Positions 51,658 through 63,765 of a stretch of DNA of 64,000 nt are shown piece after piece. A program made the position numbers and the translations under genes. The notes under the pieces were generated by a model. The model worked only from the letters and a program-made list of their open reading frames with translations. It searched no databases and had not been told where the DNA came from. Position 1 is the stretch's first letter, and the number at the start of each line of letters is the position of its first letter. Source of the stretch: Alphaproteobacteria bacterium (GTDB taxonomy: Bacteria > Pseudomonadota > Alphaproteobacteria > SMXS01); contig JBKAGX010000012.1 in the NCBI GenBank assembly GCA_046290575.1, forward strand, positions 396-64,395, in the 5' to 3' direction.

Positions 51658-54600
51658 CTATTCGCCAGGTGTCTCGGGTGCCGCATCACCATCCCCGGGG
51701 GGGATCATGAACGCGTCGCCGACCAGCTCGTCGTCATCCGTCTGGGCGTCCAGATATTCACGGTCACGCCGGGCAGCCACCTTGCGCAGCTGCGCCATGA
51801 GGTTACCTGTACCGGCCGGGATCAACCCGCCGACGATGACATTTTCCTTCAGGCCGTAAAGCTGATCAGTCTTGCCGTTGACCGCCGCTTCGGTGAGCAC
51901 CCGCGTCGTCTCCTGGAAGGACGCCGCAGAGATAAAGGAACGTGTCTGCAGCGACGCTTTGGTGATACCCAGCAGAACCGGTTCCGACTTGGCAATGGTC
52001 AAGCCTTCTTCGGCGGCCTTCGCATTGATCTCGTCGAACTCGACACGGTCAACCTGCTCACCCTTCAACAAGGTGGTTTCGCCGCCATCGGTGATCTCGA
52101 CCTTCTGCAGCATCTGGCGAACAATCGTCTCGATGTGCTTGTCGTTGATCTTCACACCCTGCAGCCGGTAGACCTCCTGGATCTCGTTGACGAGATAGTT
52201 GGCCAGCGCTTCAACGCCCTGCACTCGCAGAATGTCATGCGGCACCGGATTGCCTTCGAGCAGATATTCACCGTGCTCGATGAAGTCGCCTTCACGCACA
52301 CTGATATGCTTGCCCTTGGGGATCAGATATTCGAGGCCCTTGGCTTCGTCCGAACCTTCTTCGGCATCGCGCGGCTTGATAATAATCCGCTGCTTGTTCT
52401 TGTAGTCCTTGCCGAATTCCACATAGCCCGAATTCTCGGCGATGATGCCGTGATCCTTGGGCTTGCGCGCCTCGAACAGTTCCGCCACCCGCGGCAGACC
52501 ACCGGTGATGTCACGGGTTTTCGCGGCTTCACGCGGGATGCGGGCGATCACGTCACCAGCATGCAGATCGTCACCGTCATTGACGGTCAAGATCGCATCC
52601 ACCGAGAGCATGTAGCGAGCTTCGAGACCGTTCGACAGCTCGATCACCTCACCATCCTTGTCGCGCAAGGTGATACGCGGCCGCAAATCCGACCCCTTGG
52701 GCTGGGAGCGCCAATCGACCACGACGCGCTGGGAAATACCGGTCGTCTCGTCCATGACGTCGCGGACGGAGACACCATCGACAAGGTCGATAAAGTTCGC
52801 GATACCACCACGCTCGACGATGATTGGAATCGTATAGGGATCCCACTCCGCCAGTTTGGTGTCCTTCTCGGCTTTCTGTCCGTCATCGACCAACAGATGC
52901 GACCCATACGGCACCTTGTGGCGTTCGCGCTGACGGCCTGTTGCATCCGTCACCACGATCTCACAATTCCGGCTCATGGAAACCAAACGGCCCTGCGAGT
53001 CCTCAACCACATTTCGGTTCTCAAGCGTGATCGTTCCATCGGTCGACGCCTCGACCGCTGACTGCTCGGCAAACTGGGCCGTGCCGCCAATATGGAATGT
53101 CCGCATGGTCAGCTGAGTGCCCGGTTCACCAATGGACTGTGCCGCGATGACGCCGACGGCTTCACCGATATTGACCGGCGTGCCCCGAGCCAGGTCACGA
53201 CCGTAGCACTTGCCGCAGACACCGCCTGTTGCCTCACAGGTCAGCACCGAACGGATACGAACCGTTGTAACACCGGCGGTTTCGACCTTTTCGACTGCGA
53301 CCTCGTCCAGCTCTGTGCCTTTTTTGATGAGGATGTCACCCGAAACCGGATCTTCAATATCAGTGGCAGCCGTACGGCCAAGAATGCGGTCAACCAGCGG
53401 TTCAATAACTTCACCGCCTTCGATCACTTCGCTAACAGTCAGGCCGCGCTCCGTACCGCAATCCTCCTCGATGATGATGCAATCCTGCGCAACATCGACA
53501 AGGCGGCGGGTCAGATAACCGGAGTTGGCCGTCTTCAGCGCCGTATCGGCCAGACCCTTACGGGCACCGTGGGTCGAGTTGAAGTACTCGAGCACGGTCA
53601 GGCCTTCCTTAAAGTTCGAGATGATCGGCGTCTCGATGATCTCGCCCGACGGCTTGGCCATCAGACCGCGCATGCCGGCCAGCTGCTTCATCTGAGCGGG
53701 CGACCCACGCGCACCGGAGTGCGACATCATATAGATCGAGTTGATCGGTTGTGCCTTGCCGCTCTCCTCATCAACCTGAACCGAAGAGATCCGCTGCATC
53801 ATTTCATCAGCAACCTTGTCGGTACACTGCGCCCAGGCGTCGATGACCTTGTTGTACTTCTCACCCTGGGTGATCAGACCTTCGGCATATTGCTTTTCAT
53901 ACTCCTTGGCCAGATCACGGGTCTGGTCAACCAAGCCGGACTTGGTATCGGGGATGACCATGTCGTCCTTCCCGAAAGAGATTCCAGCCAGCGCGGCCTG
54001 ACGGAAACCGATGCCCATGATCGCATCGGCAAACAGAACCGTCTCTTTCTGACCGCAATGGCGATAAACCACGTCGATTACTTCAGAGATCTGCTTCTTG
54101 GCGAGCGTCCGGTTGATAATGTCGAAGCTGACTTCCGGATTGCGCGGCAGGTGTTCCGCCAGCAGCATACGGCCCGGCGTCGAGTCGACGACGAGACTGA
54201 CGGGCTTATTGTCCGCATCGACCGTCTCATAGCGGCACTTGATCTTGGCATGCAGCGAGACGGAGCCGGAATCGAGCGCCTGACGGATCTCCGGCACCCC
54301 GGAGAAAACCATGCCTTCACCATCCTCGTTGTCATATTCGAGGGTGAGATAATAGAGGCCCAGGACAATATCCTGGCTGGGCACGATAATCGGTTTGCCG
54401 TTGGCCGGGCTGAGGATGTTGTTGGTCGACATCATCAGTACGCGCGCTTCAAGCTGGGCTTCCAGCGACAGCGGCACATGGACCGCCATCTGATCGCCAT
54501 CAAAGTCAGCATTAAAGGCGGCACAGACAAGCGGGTGAAGCTGGATGGCCTTACCTTCGATCAACACCGGCTCGAACGCCTGAATGCCAAGTCTGTGAAG

Positions 54601-55890
54601 TGTCGGCGCGCGGTTGAGCATGACCGGGTGTTCGCGGATCACCTCGTCGAGGATGTCCCACACTTCGGGCCGCTGGTTCTCGACCATCTTCTTGGCCTGT
54701 TTGATCGTCGTCGACAGGCCTTTCTGGTCGAGGCGCGAATAGATAAACGGCTTGAACAGCTCGAGCGCCATCTTCTTGGGCAACCCGCACTGATGCAATT
54801 TGAGTTCAGGCCCCACCACAATGACCGAGCGGCCGGAGTAATCGACACGCTTGCCGAGCAGGTTCTGACGGAACCGGCCCTGCTTGCCTTTCAGCATATC
54901 GGACAGGGACTTCAGGGGGCGCTTGTTGGCGCCGGTGATGGTCCGACCGCGGCGGCCATTGTCGAACAGCGCGTCGACGGCTTCCTGCAGCATGCGCTTT
55001 TCGTTGCGGACGATGATGTCCGGCGCGCGCAGCTCGATCAGCCGCTTCAGGCGGTTGTTACGGTTGATCACCCGGCGATACAGATCGTTCAGATCGGAGG
55101 TCGCAAAACGGCCGCCATCCAGCGGGACCAGCGGGCGCAGTTCGGGCGGAATGACCGGGATCACTTCCAGGATCATCCACTCCGGCCGGTTGCCGGATTC
55201 CATGAACGCTTCAACGACCTTCAGCCGCTTGATCAGCTTTTTCGGCTTCAGTTCGGACTTGGTCTCGGCCAGCTCGACGCGAATCTCTTCGCGAATCTGT
55301 TCGAGATCGAGGCCTTCCATGATGATCCGGATGGCTTCAGCGCCGATACCGGCGGTAAACGCATCGTCGCCATAGGTATCCTGCGCCTCGATATACTCAT
55401 CATCGGACAGCAGCTGACCCTTCTTCAGCGGCGTCAGGCCCGGCTCAATAACCACATGGCTTTCGAAATAGAGAATCCGCTCCAGGCCCTTCAGCGTCAT
55501 GTCGAGCAAGAGACCAATGCGCGACGGCAGGCTTTTCAGGAACCAGATATGCGCAACCGGCGCCGCCAGTTCGATATGGCCCATGCGCTCGCGGCGTACC
55601 TTGGACAGCGTGACCTCGACACCGCACTTCTCGCAGACGATGCCGCGATACTTCATGCGTTTGTACTTGCCGCAAAGGCACTCATAATCCTTGATCGGAC
55701 CGAAAATCCGTGCACAGAAAAGGCCGTCCCGCTCCGGCTTGAAGGTGCGGTAATTGATCGTCTCGGGCTTCTTGATCTCGCCGAAAGACCAGGACCGGAT
55801 CCGGTCCGGGCTGGCGATCGAAATGCGGATCGCGTCGAAGGTCTGTGCCTTGGACTGCGGCCCAAAAACGTTCATGACCTCTTGATTCAT
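51658..55890 (-). CDS. rpoC: DNA-directed RNA polymerase subunit beta-prime
   Basis: 1410 aa, with NADFDGDQM catalytic motif and the zinc-binding [15 protein letters not shown]. Confidence 0.99.
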   Translation of the reverse strand: MNQEVMNVFGPQSKAQTFDAIRISIASPDRIRSWSFGEIKKPETINYRTFKPERDGLFCARIFGPIKDYECLCGKYKRMKYRGIVCEKCGVEVTLSKVRRERMGHIELAAPVAHIWFLKSLPSRIGLLLDMTLKGLERILYFESHVVIEPGLTPLKKGQLLSDDEYIEAQDTYGDDAFTAGIGAEAIRIIMEGLDLEQIREEIRVELAETKSELKPKKLIKRLKVVEAFMESGNRPEWMILEVIPVIPPELRPLVPLDGGRFATSDLNDLYRRVINRNNRLKRLIELRAPDIIVRNEKRMLQEAVDALFDNGRRGRTITGANKRPLKSLSDMLKGKQGRFRQNLLGKRVDYSGRSVIVVGPELKLHQCGLPKKMALELFKPFIYSRLDQKGLSTTIKQAKKMVENQRPEVWDILDEVIREHPVMLNRAPTLHRLGIQAFEPVLIEGKAIQLHPLVCAAFNADFDGDQMAVHVPLSLEAQLEARVLMMSTNNILSPANGKPIIVPSQDIVLGLYYLTLEYDNEDGEGMVFSGVPEIRQALDSGSVSLHAKIKCRYETVDADNKPVSLVVDSTPGRMLLAEHLPRNPEVSFDIINRTLAKKQISEVIDVVYRHCGQKETVLFADAIMGIGFRQAALAGISFGKDDMVIPDTKSGLVDQTRDLAKEYEKQYAEGLITQGEKYNKVIDAWAQCTDKVADEMMQRISSVQVDEESGKAQPINSIYMMSHSGARGSPAQMKQLAGMRGLMAKPSGEIIETPIISNFKEGLTVLEYFNSTHGARKGLADTALKTANSGYLTRRLVDVAQDCIIIEEDCGTERGLTVSEVIEGGEVIEPLVDRILGRTAATDIEDPVSGDILIKKGTELDEVAVEKVETAGVTTVRIRSVLTCEATGGVCGKCYGRDLARGTPVNIGEAVGVIAAQSIGEPGTQLTMRTFHIGGTAQFAEQSAVEASTDGTITLENRNVVEDSQGRLVSMSRNCEIVVTDATGRQRERHKVPYGSHLLVDDGQKAEKDTKLAEWDPYTIPIIVERGGIANFIDLVDGVSVRDVMDETTGISQRVVVDWRSQPKGSDLRPRITLRDKDGEVIELSNGLEARYMLSVDAILTVNDGDDLHAGDVIARIPREAAKTRDITGGLPRVAELFEARKPKDHGIIAENSGYVEFGKDYKNKQRIIIKPRDAEEGSDEAKGLEYLIPKGKHISVREGDFIEHGEYLLEGNPVPHDILRVQGVEALANYLVNEIQEVYRLQGVKINDKHIETIVRQMLQKVEITDGGETTLLKGEQVDRVEFDEINAKAAEEGLTIAKSEPVLLGITKASLQTRSFISAASFQETTRVLTEAAVNGKTDQLYGLKENVIVGGLIPAGTGNLMAQLRKVAARRDREYLDAQTDDDELVGDAFMIPPGDGDAAPETPGE

Positions 55891-55954
55891 GCGTTATCTC
55901 CTAGCGTTACCCGAAATGGGCGATTGCTTGGTAAAATTCTATTTCCACTGGCAA

Positions 55955-58900
55955 CTATTCTTCGGTGTTGACCAGCTCGACATTCAGGGCCAGCGAGCGC
56001 ATTTCCTTCACGAGAACGTTGAAGGATTCAGGAATACCGGCTTCGAACGTGTCGTCACCCTTAACGATCGCCTCGTAGACCCCGGTCCGTCCAGCAACGT
56101 CATCCGACTTCACCGTCAGCATTTCCTGCAGCGTGTAGGCTGCGCCGTAGGCCTGAAGTGCCCAAACCTCCATCTCGCCGAAGCGCTGGCCACCGAACTG
56201 CGCCTTACCGCCCAGCGGCTGCTGGGTAACAAGGCTGTAGGGACCAATCGACCGGGCGTGGATCTTGTCGTCCACCAGGTGATGCAGTTTCAGCATATAG
56301 ATGTAACCGACGGTGACCTTGCGGTCGAACGGCTCGCCGGTACGCCCGTCATAGAGCGTCGACTGGCCCGACCCATCGAGACCGGCGGCGACAAGCGCAT
56401 CGACGATATCGGCTTCCTTGGCACCGTCGAAAACAGGGGTTGCCATCGGAATACCCTTTGTGACGTTGCCGGCAAGCTCCTTCAGGCCGTCGTCATCAAG
56501 ATCCTTGATGACTTCGTCATAGTGCCTGTCCCGGTAGAAATCCTTCAGCTTCTTGCGCAGCTTATCGGTCTTGCCGCTGCGCTGAGCAGCCTGCAACACC
56601 TCGCCCACCTGCCGGCCAAGGCCAGCAGACGCCCAGCCCAGATGGGTCTCAAGAATCTGCCCCACATTCATCCGCGATGGCACGCCGAGCGGATTAAGCA
56701 CGATATCGACATTGGTGCCGTCCTCCAGGAACGGCATATCTTCGATCGCCGCAATACGCGAGATCACGCCCTTGTTGCCATGACGGCCAGCCATCTTGTC
56801 GCCCGGTTGCAGCTTGCGCTTCACCGCGACGAAGACCTTGACCATCTTCATGACACCCGGCAGCAACTCATCGCCGCGCTGCAGCTTGTCGACCTTTTCT
56901 TCAAAGCGGGCCTGAAGCGCCTTTTTGGCTTCCTCGAAGTGCTTCTGGAGCGCCTCGATATCGGCCTGACGGTCTTCGTTCTTCACCGCAATCTGCCAGA
57001 GCTGGCCACGTGTCAAATCGTCGATAACCGTCTTGGTCACCTTACCGCCGGTCTTGATGCCCTTGGGGCCACCGGCAATCGTCTGATTGAGCAACAAGTC
57101 CTCGAGCCTGCCATAGGAGCTGCGCTCAAGAATAGCGAGTTCGTCATCGCGATCCTTCGCAAGGCGCTCGATCTCCTCACGCTCAATGGTCAGCGCGCGT
57201 TCGTCCTTGTCGACGCCGTGGCGGTTGAAGACGCGGACCTCGACAACCGTGCCTGAGTCGCCCGGCGGAATACGCAGCGAAGTATCGCGGACATCCGAAG
57301 CTTTTTCGCCGAAAATGGCGCGCAGCAGCTTTTCCTCCGGCGTCATCGGTGATTCGCCCTTGGGCGTCACCTTTCCGACCAGAATATCACCGGCTGAGAC
57401 TTCGGCACCAATATAGACGATTCCCGCCTCATCCAGGTGGCTGAGACTCTCCTCGCCGACATTGGGAATGTCACGGGTGATTTCTTCCGGACCCAGCTTG
57501 GTATCGCGGGCCATCACCTCGAACTCTTCAATATGGATGGAGGTGAAGACGTCGTCCCGCACCATCCGTTCGGAGATCAGGATCGAATCCTCGAAATTGT
57601 ATCCCATCCAGGGCATGAACGCGACGAGCACATTGCGGCCCAGCGCCAGTTCGCCCAGATCCGTCGACGGACCATCGGCAATGATATCGCCCTGTTGGAC
57701 CTCGTCACCGACGCGCACCAGCGGACGCTGGGTGATGCAGGTGTTCTGGTTCGATCGCTGGAATTTTACGAGATTGTAGATATCCACGCCTGAAGAGCCC
57801 GCACCGACATCGGACGTGGCACGGACGACCACGCGGGTGCTGTCGACCTGATCGACGATACCGCTGCGTTCCGCAACGACGGTCACACCGCTGTCACGGG
57901 CCACAACCTCTTCCATGCCGGTGCCGACGAGCGGCGCCTGTGCCTGCAGCAGTGGAACAGCCTGCCGCTGCATGTTCGAGCCCATCAGCGCACGGTTGGC
58001 GTCATCGTTTTCCAGGAATGGAATCAATGCCGCGGCGACGGACACAAGCTGCTTGGGCGACACGTCCATGAAATCAATCGTGTCCGGCGTCACCATGACA
58101 AACTCGCCTGCCTGACGGCAGCTCACCAGATCATTGGTGAACCGGCTTTGGCATCCAGCTGGGCGTTCGCCTGGGCAATGGTGAACTTGCCCTCTTCCAT
58201 GGCCGACAGGTAAATGACCTCGTCGGTCACAACACCATTTTCGATCTTGCGATAGGGTGACTCGATAAAGCCGTATTTGTTCACCCGCGCAAAGGTCGCC
58301 AATGAATTGATCAAGCCGATATTGGGGCCTTCAGGCGTCTCAATCGGGCAAATCCGGCCATAATGAGTGGGGTGCACATCACGCACCTCAAAGCCCGCGC
58401 GTTCGCGGGTCAGGCCGCCCGGGCCCAACGCCGAAAGGCGCCGCTTGTGCGTCACTTCGCTGAGCGGGTTTGTCTGATCCATGAACTGGCTGAGCTGGCT
58501 GGAGCCAAAGAACTCACGCACGGCAGCCGCAGCCGGCTTGGCATTGATCAGATCATGCGGCATGACGGTGTCGATTTCGACCGCGCTCATGCGCTCCTTG
58601 ATCGCCCGCTCCATGCGCAGCAGACCGATGCGGTACTGATTTTCCATCAGCTCACCAACCGAGCGGACACGCCGATTGCCGAGGTGGTCGATATCGTCGA
58701 TCTCGCCCTTGCCGTCTTTCAGGCCCACCAGGGTTCTGATGACTTCAAGGATATCTTCCTTACGCAGGGTCCGGTGCGTGTCTGGTGCGTCCAGCGCCAG
58801 ACGCATGTTCATCTTCACCCGGCCCACGGCAGACAGATCATAGCGCTCGGAATCAAAGAACAGACCGTCGAACAGCGCCTCAGCGGTTTCGCGGGTCGGC

Positions 58901-60048
58901 GGCTCGCCGGGACGCATGACCCTGTAGATTTCGACCAGCGCCTGCTCGTAGGATTCGACCTTGTCGGCCATCATTGTATTACGCAAATGCGCGCCAATAT
59001 TGATGTGATCAATGTCGAGCGTCGGCACCTGCTTGAGGTTCGCCGCCGCAAATACTTCAATATGTTCCTCGGTGATTTCCTCACCGGCTTCAATGTAGAT
59101 TTCCCCTGTCTCGGCGTTGACAAGATCAATCGCGGCATAGCGGCCGATAAGGTCTTCCGCAGGGACCAGCACCTCTTTTACGCCGTCCTTTTCAAGCTGG
59201 CGGGCCAGCCGCGGGCTGAGCTTTTCTTCAGCCTCGACCAGCACTTCGCCCGTCTTGGCGTTGGCGACCGGATAAGGCAACTTGCTGCCACGCATCTTGG
59301 CGGCATCGAAGGGGCGCTTCCAGCCGTTCTTGGCCTTGCCATAGACAACCTGATCGTACCCGAAATCCAGGATTTCTTCGCTCGACATCCCCAGCGCGTA
59401 GAGCAGCGTTGTCACCGGAATCTTTCGGCGGCGATCGATACGCGCGTGGATAATATCCTTGGCGTCGAACTCAAAATCCAGCCAGGAGCCGCGATAGGGA
59501 ATCACCCGGGCGGCAAACAGGAATTTACCGGAGGAGTGGGTCTTGCCCTTGTCGTGGTCGAAGAACACACCGGGAGACCGGTGCATCTGCGAAACAATCA
59601 CCCGCTCCGTTCCATTAATGACGAAGGTGCCGTTGGGCGTCATCAGGGGCATGTCGCCCATGTAGACTTCCTGCTCCTTGATATCGAGCACGGACTTGGC
59701 GCCGGTATCCTCGTCAACTTCAAAGACGATCAAACGCAGCGTCGCCTTCAGCGGCGCCGCATAGGTCATGTCACGCTGCTGACACTCTTCAACGTCGTAT
59801 TTCGGCGGCTCGAACTCGTAACGGACGAATTCCAGCGACGCCGTCTCGGCGAAATCACTGATCGGGAACACGGACTTGAAGACGCCCTGCAAACCGGTGT
59901 CGTCACGCTCCGAGGCCGACTCCTCCATCTGCAGGAACTGGTCATACGAGTTCTTTTGCACTTCGATGAGATTAGGCATCGAAGTGACTTCCTGGATGTG
60001 GCCGAAAAAGTTGCGGATCCGCTTACGCCCAGTGAACGTGTTTGCCAT
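55955..60048 (-). CDS. rpoB: DNA-directed RNA polymerase subunit beta, interrupted by a 1-nt frameshift near 58146 (ORFs 58123..60048 and 55955..58126)
   Basis: The N-half ORF of 641 aa ends ...[16 protein letters not shown]. The C-half ORF of 723 aa starts at GTG 58126 and reads [57 protein letters not shown]. Adding one base restores ...[15 protein letters not shown]... Confidence 0.95.
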
Positions 60049-60116
60049 GCCTTGTCCTTCGTTCCATCACCATGCCGGCGAAAAAAGCCGGCTGTTATTC
60101 TCTTAACGACTTAAAC

Positions 60117-60143
60117 GGGCGAGCCCGGCAACCGGGCCCGCCC
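60117..60143 (-). terminator. GC-rich hairpin in the rplL-rpoB spacer (probable partial terminator or attenuator)
   Basis: The minus strand reads GGGCGGGCCCGG-TTG-CCGGGCTCGCCC followed by GTTTAAG. A second hairpin, GCCGGC-TTTTTTC-GCCGGC, lies at 60074-60092. Confidence 0.5.
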
Positions 60144-60160
60144 AATAGTGTCCGGCGAGC

Positions 60161-60541
60161 TTACTTGAGCTCGACAGTCGCACCGGCTTCCTCAAGCTTG
60201 CCCTTGAGTTCCTCGGCTTCTTCCTTGTTGACGCCTTCCTTGACGGGCTTGGGTGCGCCCTCGACAAGGTCTTTGGCATCTTTGAGGCCCAGGCCAGTGA
60301 TGGCACGAACCTCTTTAATGACGTTGATCTTCTTGTCACCAGCGGCGGCAAGAATAACGTCGAACTCGGTCTGCTCTTCTGCAGCCGCCGCACCGGCGTC
60401 TGCGGCGCCACCGACAGCAGCAACCGCGACAGGTGCTGCTGCAGAAACGCCCCACTTCTCTTCAAGAAGCTTTGAAAGCTCGGCCGCCTCTAGGACGGTG
60501 AGCTCCGAAAGCTCGTCAACCAACTTTTCCAAGTCAGCCAT
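60161..60541 (-). CDS. rplL: 50S ribosomal protein L7/L12
   Basis: 126 aa: [37 protein letters not shown]...[12 protein letters not shown]-type C-domain. Confidence 0.99.
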   Translation of the reverse strand: MADLEKLVDELSELTVLEAAELSKLLEEKWGVSAAAPVAVAAVGGAADAGAAAAEEQTEFDVILAAAGDKKINVIKEVRAITGLGLKDAKDLVEGAPKPVKEGVNKEEAEELKGKLEEAGATVELK

Positions 60542-60599
60542 GGTCAGGTCTCCTTAATAGGCCCCAGAGCTTGTCGCTCTGATCGGTTCATGGTTCAGG

Positions 60600-61115
60600 T
60601 CAGGCCGCTTCACTGCTGCCGTAGGCACCAAAAACGCGCGCCAATTGTCCAGCCGGTGCTTGCGTCACACCTGCTATCCGCGTTGCCGGCGTGTTCAACA
60701 TGCCGACAAGCTTGGCCCGCAATTCATCCAATGACGGCATCGACGCCAGCGACTTAACGCCGCTTACATCGAGTTCCGTCTCGCCCATCATGCCGCCGAG
60801 AACGATCAGCTTGTCGTTCTCCTTGGCAAACGCCACCGAAGCTTTCGCAGCGGCCACCGGATCATCCGAATAGGCAATCGCGGTCGGCCCGGTGAACAAA
60901 TGGGCGATGGGTGAACAAGGGGTGTCTTCGAGAGCAAGCTTTGTCAGCCTGTTCTTCGTGACCCGGAATCGGGCGCCAGCATCACGCATTTGCGTGCGCA
61001 GATCGGTCATTTCAGCCACCGTCAAGCCGGAGTAGTGCGTAACTACAACGGCTGCGGCGTCCTCAAAGACGTCCCTGAGCTCAGCGACCAGTTCCGTTTT
61101 CTGGGTACGGTCCAC
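60600..61115 (-). CDS. rplJ: 50S ribosomal protein L10
   Basis: 171 aa: [40 protein letters not shown]. Confidence 0.98.
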   Translation of the reverse strand: MDRTQKTELVAELRDVFEDAAAVVVTHYSGLTVAEMTDLRTQMRDAGARFRVTKNRLTKLALEDTPCSPIAHLFTGPTAIAYSDDPVAAAKASVAFAKENDKLIVLGGMMGETELDVSGVKSLASMPSLDELRAKLVGMLNTPATRIAGVTQAPAGQLARVFGAYGSSEAA

Positions 61116-61459
61116 TTTGTTAATCTCCAGTGTCCCCGCGGTTCGGCCCTAAAGCCTCCCCGCGAACCCTCGTTAAGGCCCGATTGACGGCATCGCCGCC
61201 AGTCGAACCCGGTTCCCCTGTCCAAGGGCCCGTGGACCTGTCACCTGCCGCTCGGGGCCCCTGGCACCCCTTGGGATGCCAGAGCGGTCCGGTTTCCCGA
61301 ACCAAAGTTCCAAATCTCGTTCCCCCGTCTATGCAGGCCGGTTTCCCGATTAGGCCACACAAGGTGGCACCTACAGTCTCGGACAGGCGGGCGGTTTGTT
61401 CTTATCCGCCCTGTCCCCGGCTGCCGAAGCCTCCGGGGCATCTCTTGACCAGCCGGCGC
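61116..61459 (-). promoter_or_regulatory. long GC-rich structured leader between rplA and rplJ (candidate L10/L12 autoregulatory leader plus promoter)
   Basis: A 344-nt non-coding gap with several strong hairpins, for example GACAGGGCGG...CCGCCCGCCTGTC and CCCCGG...CCGGGG on the minus strand. Confidence 0.35.
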
Positions 61460-62155
61460 TTAGCCGCCCAGGCTGGCCACATCCACTTTCACACCAGGCC
61501 CCATGGTCGACGTCACCGACACCTTCTGAACGAAGGTCCCCTTGGCGCCCGACGGCTTGGCTTTGATCACGGCGTCGGTGAAAGCACGCACATTTTCAAC
61601 GAGCGCGCCTTCGGAAAAGCTCGCCTTGCCGACACCCGCATGGATCAAGCCGGCTTTTTCGACACGGAACTCGACCTGGCCGCCCTTTGCCGCCTTGATT
61701 GCCTCTGCGACATCGGGGGTCACCGTACCCAGCTTGGGGTTGGGCATCAGGCCACGCGGGCCAAGAACCTTACCCAGCCGGCCCACAACCGCCATCATGT
61801 CCGGCGTTGCGATCACCCGGTCGAAATCCATCTGGCCACCCTGGATCGATTCAGCCAGATCTTCGGCGCCAACAATGTCGGCGCCTGCAGCCTTGGCTTC
61901 TTCAGCTTTGTCATCCTTGGCGAAGACGGCGACACGGACCGTCTTGCCGGTGCCGTTCGGCAGCTGCACCACACCACGGACCATCTGGTCCGAATGGCGC
62001 GGGTCGACCCCCAGGTTCATCGCCACTTCGACGGTCTCGTCGAACTTGGACGTGGCACACTGTTTGATCAGCGCCAGCGCTTCCTCCAGCGAATAATCGC
62101 GTTCGCGATCAAATGAATCGCGGGCGGTCTTGTTCTTCTTTGTCATTCTGGCCAT
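61460..62155 (-). CDS. rplA: 50S ribosomal protein L1
   Basis: Start at ATG 62155 ([27 protein letters not shown]), 231 aa. Confidence 0.97.
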   Translation of the reverse strand: MARMTKKNKTARDSFDRERDYSLEEALALIKQCATSKFDETVEVAMNLGVDPRHSDQMVRGVVQLPNGTGKTVRVAVFAKDDKAEEAKAAGADIVGAEDLAESIQGGQMDFDRVIATPDMMAVVGRLGKVLGPRGLMPNPKLGTVTPDVAEAIKAAKGGQVEFRVEKAGLIHAGVGKASFSEGALVENVRAFTDAVIKAKPSGAKGTFVQKVSVTSTMGPGVKVDVASLGG

Positions 62156-62159
62156 GGCG

Positions 62160-62588
62160 CTAGTCCCTAACCTCGTAACCCATTGAACGGGCCGAGCCGG
62201 CAATCATCCTCATCGCCGCCTCCACGTCATTGGCGTTCAGATCAGGGTTCTTCGCCTCGGCAATTTCCCGCAGGTCGTTTTGCGTGACATAGCCGGTGAC
62301 TTCACGGCCCGGTGCGCTGGCGCCCTTTTTCTGCTTGGCGGCCTTCTTCAGGTAGAAGGACGCGGGCGGCGTTTTGGTGACAAAGGTAAAGCTGCGATCC
62401 GCATAGACCGTAATCTTGGTCGGAATCGGCGTATCCTTGTCGTAGTCCTGCGTCTTTGCGTTGAACGCCTTGCAGAATTCCATAATGTTAACGCCGCGCT
62501 GGCCCAGCGCCGGCCCGATGGGCGGTGATGGTGATGCGTTGCCTGCAGGCACCTGCAGATTGATGTAACCGTCGATCTTCTTTGCCAT
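62160..62588 (-). CDS. rplK: 50S ribosomal protein L11
   Basis: 142 aa: [43 protein letters not shown]. Confidence 0.99.
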   Translation of the reverse strand: MAKKIDGYINLQVPAGNASPSPPIGPALGQRGVNIMEFCKAFNAKTQDYDKDTPIPTKITVYADRSFTFVTKTPPASFYLKKAAKQKKGASAPGREVTGYVTQNDLREIAEAKNPDLNANDVEAAMRMIAGSARSMGYEVRD

Positions 62589-62703
62589 GGTTTTCCCGTC
62601 CTTTCGATTTTAGTGCTGGCGCTTTCGCGCCGTCTGGGAATGCGCGGTTCGGTCATGGCGAACCTCCCGCACAAAGGCGCTCATGGCACCTTGTGAAATC
62701 TTG

Positions 62704-63234
62704 TTATCCTTTTTCGACCTGGCTGTACTCCAGCTCTACCGGCGTGGCGCGTCCAAAGATCGAAACAGAGACCTTTAACCGGGCGCGCTCCTCGTCGACA
62801 TCCTCGACTTCGCCGTTAAACGATGTGAACGGGCCATCGATAACCCGGACCTGCTCGCCAATCTCGAACGTAATGGACGGCTTCGGCCGGTCGATGCCCT
62901 CTTGCACCTGGTTCAGGATCCGGTTGGCTTCGCGATCCGAAATCGGCACCGGTTTGTTGCCGTTGCCCAAGAAGTTCGAGACCTTGGGAATTTCGCGCAC
63001 CAGATGATAGGTGTCGTCGGTCAGATCCATTTTAGCCAGAACATAACCAGGGAAGAACTTCCGCTCAGCGGCAACGCGCTGCCCGCGGCGCACCTCTACC
63101 ACTTCTTCCATCGGCACCAGAACTTCCTCGAACAAATCGTCCAGGCCCTGCAGAACAGCCTGTTCCTTGATCGCCTCGGCGACCTTCTTCTCGAAGTTCG
63201 AGTAGGTCTGAATGATGTACCACTTTGCCGTCAT
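62704..63234 (-). CDS. nusG: transcription termination/antitermination factor NusG
   Basis: Start at ATG 63234 (MTAKWYIIQTYSNFEKKV), 176 aa, with a KOW region GEQVRVIDGPFTSFNGEVEDVD. Confidence 0.97.
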   Translation of the reverse strand: MTAKWYIIQTYSNFEKKVAEAIKEQAVLQGLDDLFEEVLVPMEEVVEVRRGQRVAAERKFFPGYVLAKMDLTDDTYHLVREIPKVSNFLGNGNKPVPISDREANRILNQVQEGIDRPKPSITFEIGEQVRVIDGPFTSFNGEVEDVDEERARLKVSVSIFGRATPVELEYSQVEKG

Positions 63235-63253
63235 CGTTCGCGTACCAATCCTA

Positions 63254-63448
63254 TCAGCGGCCCGGAAGCACCCAGCCGACCAGCTGGGAGAACACGAAAT
63301 CGACAAACATGAAGAACAACGCGGCCAGAATCACCATGACGAAGACCATGCCGGTCGAGATCAAGGTTTCCTTGCGCGTCGGCCAAACCACTTTGGAAAC
63401 TTCCTGGCGGACCTGCCGTACAAATTGTCCTGGACTTGTTCGTGCCAT
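63254..63448 (-). CDS. secE: preprotein translocase subunit SecE
   Basis: 64 aa: FVRQVRQEVSKVVWPTRKET followed by a single TM helix. Confidence 0.93.
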   Translation of the reverse strand: MARTSPGQFVRQVRQEVSKVVWPTRKETLISTGMVFVMVILAALFFMFVDFVFSQLVGWVLPGR

Positions 63449-63513
63449 AAACTTCTATCACCCGGTTTGGTGCCGATGGCTCTTCGCCTGGCTGACCAAT
63501 GCATCCCAAATAG

Positions 63514-63589
63514 TGGCAGGAGTGGAGGGACTCGAACCCACAGCCCCCGGTTTTGGAGACCGGTGCTCTGCCAATTGAGCTACACTCCT
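63514..63589 (-). tRNA. tRNA-Trp (anticodon CCA)
   Basis: The reverse complement reads AGGAGTGTAGCTCAATTGGCAGAGCACCGGTCTCCAAAACCGGGGGCTGTGGGTTCGAGTCCCTCCACTCCTGCCA, 76 nt, with loop CTCCAAA. Confidence 0.95.
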
Positions 63590-63699
63590 AATTTATCTCG
63601 GTTTTCCTGAACTTGCCTGCCGCCTGAACGAACCACAACGCATCCGGGGACGACCCTATGGCCGCCCCCGGTGCGTTTGAAATTCCTTCGAGCCGTTTC

Positions 63700-63728
63700 T
63701 TTTAAGGTGACGAAGTGGGTTTTGTCAA
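63700..63728 (-). promoter_or_regulatory. candidate promoter for tRNA-Trp-secE-nusG (TTGACA-17 nt-TTAAAA)
   Basis: On the minus strand, a perfect -35 TTGACA at 63728-63723 and a weak -10 TTAAAA at 63705-63700. Confidence 0.35.
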
Positions 63729-63765
63729 CCTCACGCGCCCCGCGGAAAGCTCGAAATCGCCGAAA

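Noticed and set aside
53092-55971. 959-aa plus-strand ORF antisense to rpoC. Similar long antisense ORFs occur at 58363..60114, 56..57 kb, 8488..10068, 10286..11593, 21033..22334, 44557..45570 and 5927..7009.
   Set aside because: Each lies opposite a gene with unmistakable family motifs. Their translations are Arg/Ala/Gly/His-rich low-information sequence, typical of stop-codon-poor antisense frames in high-GC DNA.
58123-58153. Programmed ribosomal frameshift or transcriptional slippage as the explanation for the rpoB break
   Set aside because: There is no slippery heptamer, no run longer than AAA, and no obvious downstream stimulatory structure. A sequencing indel or a genuine split is more plausible. 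The break itself is kept as a finding; only this mechanism is rejected.
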